Source: Chloroflexota bacterium
GTDB taxonomy: Bacteria > Chloroflexota > Anaerolineae > Anaerolineales > Villigracilaceae
Length of the DNA: 64,000 nucleotides
Assembly (NCBI GenBank): GCA_026390015.1
Contig: JAPLGS010000103.1
Location: 41,941-105,940, forward strand
Direction: 5' to 3'
Part shown: positions 62,366 to 64,000 of the stretch, one piece after another
Layout of the letters: every line of letters starts with the position of its first letter
Position numbering within the stretch: position 1 is the stretch's first letter
The notes under the pieces: generated by a model
The model's input: the letters and a program-made list of their open reading frames with translations, nothing else
The model's database searches: none
Told to the model about the DNA's origin: nothing
Position numbers and translations under genes: made by a program

Positions 62366-62941
62366 ATGAATCCAGCTTTTCAATTCAATCAATATGTACT
62401 CAAGCGTCAGGTATTTGCGTTGGCCGGCAAATTCCGTTTCTATGACCCAAGCGGAAAACTAGTGCTGTTCAGCGAACAGAAAATGTTCAAACTGCGCGAG
62501 GATATCCGCGTGTTTTCAGATGAAACAAAAACGCAGGAAGTGTTAATGATCAAAGCGCGCCAGATCATCGACTTCTCCGCCGCCTACGATGTTGTCGACA
62601 GCGCCACGGAGCAAAAAATTGGAGCGCTGCGCCGCAAGGGACTGGCTTCCCTGCTGCGTGATGAATGGGAAATTCTCGACACAAGTGACAATGTGATCGG
62701 GTCTTTGTTTGAAGACAGTATGGGACTGGCATTGATACGCCGCTTTCTTAGCAACCTCGTTCCGCAGAATTATGACATAACCATGGGTACCGAGCGCGTG
62801 GCGGATCTTAAACAAAACTTCAATCCATTCACCTATCAATTAAACCTGGATTTCAGCATGGATATCAATAAACGACTCGACCGCCGTTTGGGAATCGCCG
62901 CTGGAACTTTGTTGGCCGCCATTGAAGGAAGACAGAGTTAA
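62366..62941 (+). CDS. LURP-one / scramblase-like (tubby C-terminal fold) protein
   Basis: YVLKRQVFALAGKF.FYD..G...F.EQKMFKLREDI, IG.L.RKG, F.QNYDI, FNPFTY. Confidence 0.7.
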   Translation: MNPAFQFNQYVLKRQVFALAGKFRFYDPSGKLVLFSEQKMFKLREDIRVFSDETKTQEVLMIKARQIIDFSAAYDVVDSATEQKIGALRRKGLASLLRDEWEILDTSDNVIGSLFEDSMGLALIRRFLSNLVPQNYDITMGTERVADLKQNFNPFTYQLNLDFSMDINKRLDRRLGIAAGTLLAAIEGRQS

Positions 62942-63369
62942 TGCCAAACCAACCTCTCTTTGCCGGTCTTGTAATAGACGAATCAGGCCGACTAGCCGAA
63001 TCTGCATTCATTGGAAATGAGCCATGCTACGTTGTGGATGACTCGGGATTCCGCCGCCACATCCCGGCCGAACAGGTGGATCGCGCAGTACTCGCTCATA
63101 TGGCAGAAATGATGAAAGGCAGCGAGGAAATACTTTCAGAGCAAACCGCCAAAATGCTCGGACAGGATGACCCCTTCTCGAAAGCGATCATCGAACATCA
63201 ACTCAAACATATCGACAAACAATTCGAAGCGCTCATGAAAACCGGCATCCCGGAAGATATGCGCGCCTACCTCGGTATGATGGGATTCAAAGTGGTCATC
63301 AATTATCACGGCGAGATCGTGCAGGTAGAACAGCCCGGCAGCGCAGGCGGCGAAGACGGCGATGAATAA
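62941..63369 (+). CDS. Hypothetical protein
   Basis: 142 aa ORF, start overlaps the upstream stop (TAATG), acidic tail. Confidence 0.75.
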   Translation: MPNQPLFAGLVIDESGRLAESAFIGNEPCYVVDDSGFRRHIPAEQVDRAVLAHMAEMMKGSEEILSEQTAKMLGQDDPFSKAIIEHQLKHIDKQFEALMKTGIPEDMRAYLGMMGFKVVINYHGEIVQVEQPGSAGGEDGDE

Positions 63370-63379
63370 AATCTTTTTT

Positions 63380-63435
63380 GCCGCAGAGATCACAGAGAAT
63401 ATCTTTTCCACAAAAGTCTTTGTGATCTCTGCGGC
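63380..63435. repeat. Long hairpin (CACAGAG-type REP-like element or terminator)
   Basis: Perfect 15-bp IR gccgcagagatcaca / tgtgatctctgcggc around an AT-rich loop. Confidence 0.55.
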
Positions 63436-63571
63436 TGATTATTCCAGGAGATAAAAAAAGTAAATTCATCAGCGAACAGAACGATAATTGGTGATAGAAT
63501 AACCGAAATGAAAAAAGCCCCTCACGGGGTTTTTATATGTAAGCGTAAAACGCAAGGATATCCACTCGTAA

Positions 63572-64000
63572 ATGAAATATAATTTCCGCCTTTTCTGGCG
63601 CACCTTCTATCGCTCATTCTTCGCCGCAAAAAACACAACCGCCCGACTCACTCGAAAACGCAGTATCTTTCTTGCGCTGTTCTACATCGTCTGGCCGCTT
63701 GGTTCACTCATCCACTGGTTTTTCTTTTGGCTGGATGACATCCTCTTCCCCGCCTACAAAGATCACCTCATCGAAAAGCCGTTATTCATCCTCGGCAATC
63801 TGCGCAGCGGATCGACCTTCCTGCACCGCCTGCTTTCACGCGACTCGCAAACCTTCACCAGTTTAACAACGTGGGATATTTACCTGACACCCTCTGTCAC
63901 ACAGAAGAAGATAACGCAATTCTTCGCGCGGCTCGATACAAAATATATCAACAACACCTTCCATCGTCTGCTCCACAAATTTGACGACGCCACGCTCGGC
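63572..64000 (+). CDS. Sulfotransferase family protein, 5' part; runs off the window
   Basis: Frame from ATG 63572: MKYNFRLFWRTFY...KPLFILGNLRSGSTFLHRLL, matching the PAPS-binding PSB loop. Confidence 0.82.
   Translation, partial: MKYNFRLFWRTFYRSFFAAKNTTARLTRKRSIFLALFYIVWPLGSLIHWFFFWLDDILFPAYKDHLIEKPLFILGNLRSGSTFLHRLLSRDSQTFTSLTTWDIYLTPSVTQKKITQFFARLDTKYINNTFHRLLHKFDDATLG

Overview
Bacterial chromosomal window. Gene order, protein style (Pro/Thr-rich linkers, many lipoproteins, long NusA, short IF2) and repeat types suggest Chloroflexota/Anaerolineae; this taxonomy is inferred, not verified. It is mostly core genome: the 3' end of ctaB; coaD-recG-degV and DAK2-asp23-rpmB; rpe; a SAM-I riboswitch with metK; nusA-ylxR-infB-rbfA-DHH-truB-ribF; gyrB; plsY. 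Accessory or regulatory blocks are a PadR plus membrane-protein pair splitting DAK2 from degV, an AT-rich two-gene secreted-protein islet with both genes broken, two FGE-fold lipoproteins around an atypical response regulator, a divergent lamin-tail and large secreted protein pair, a Fur-family gene heading a cbiMQO-type Ni/Co ECF operon with a perfect operator-like palindrome, a 4-GAF membrane histidine kinase paired with a FIST protein, and an amidase followed by four L,D-transpeptidases. Window-wide signals are several REP-like palindrome families (two copies now inside coding sequence), a recurrent leaderless promoter layout, and three deletion-like lesions (Ser/Thr kinase, cbiO, a membrane protein) that may be real or assembly errors. 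I found no rRNA, tRNA, CRISPR array, transposase, integrase or reverse transcriptase. No single clearly new system is provable from sequence alone. The best candidates are the Fur-cbiMQO regulon, the HK-FIST pair and the L,D-transpeptidase cluster.
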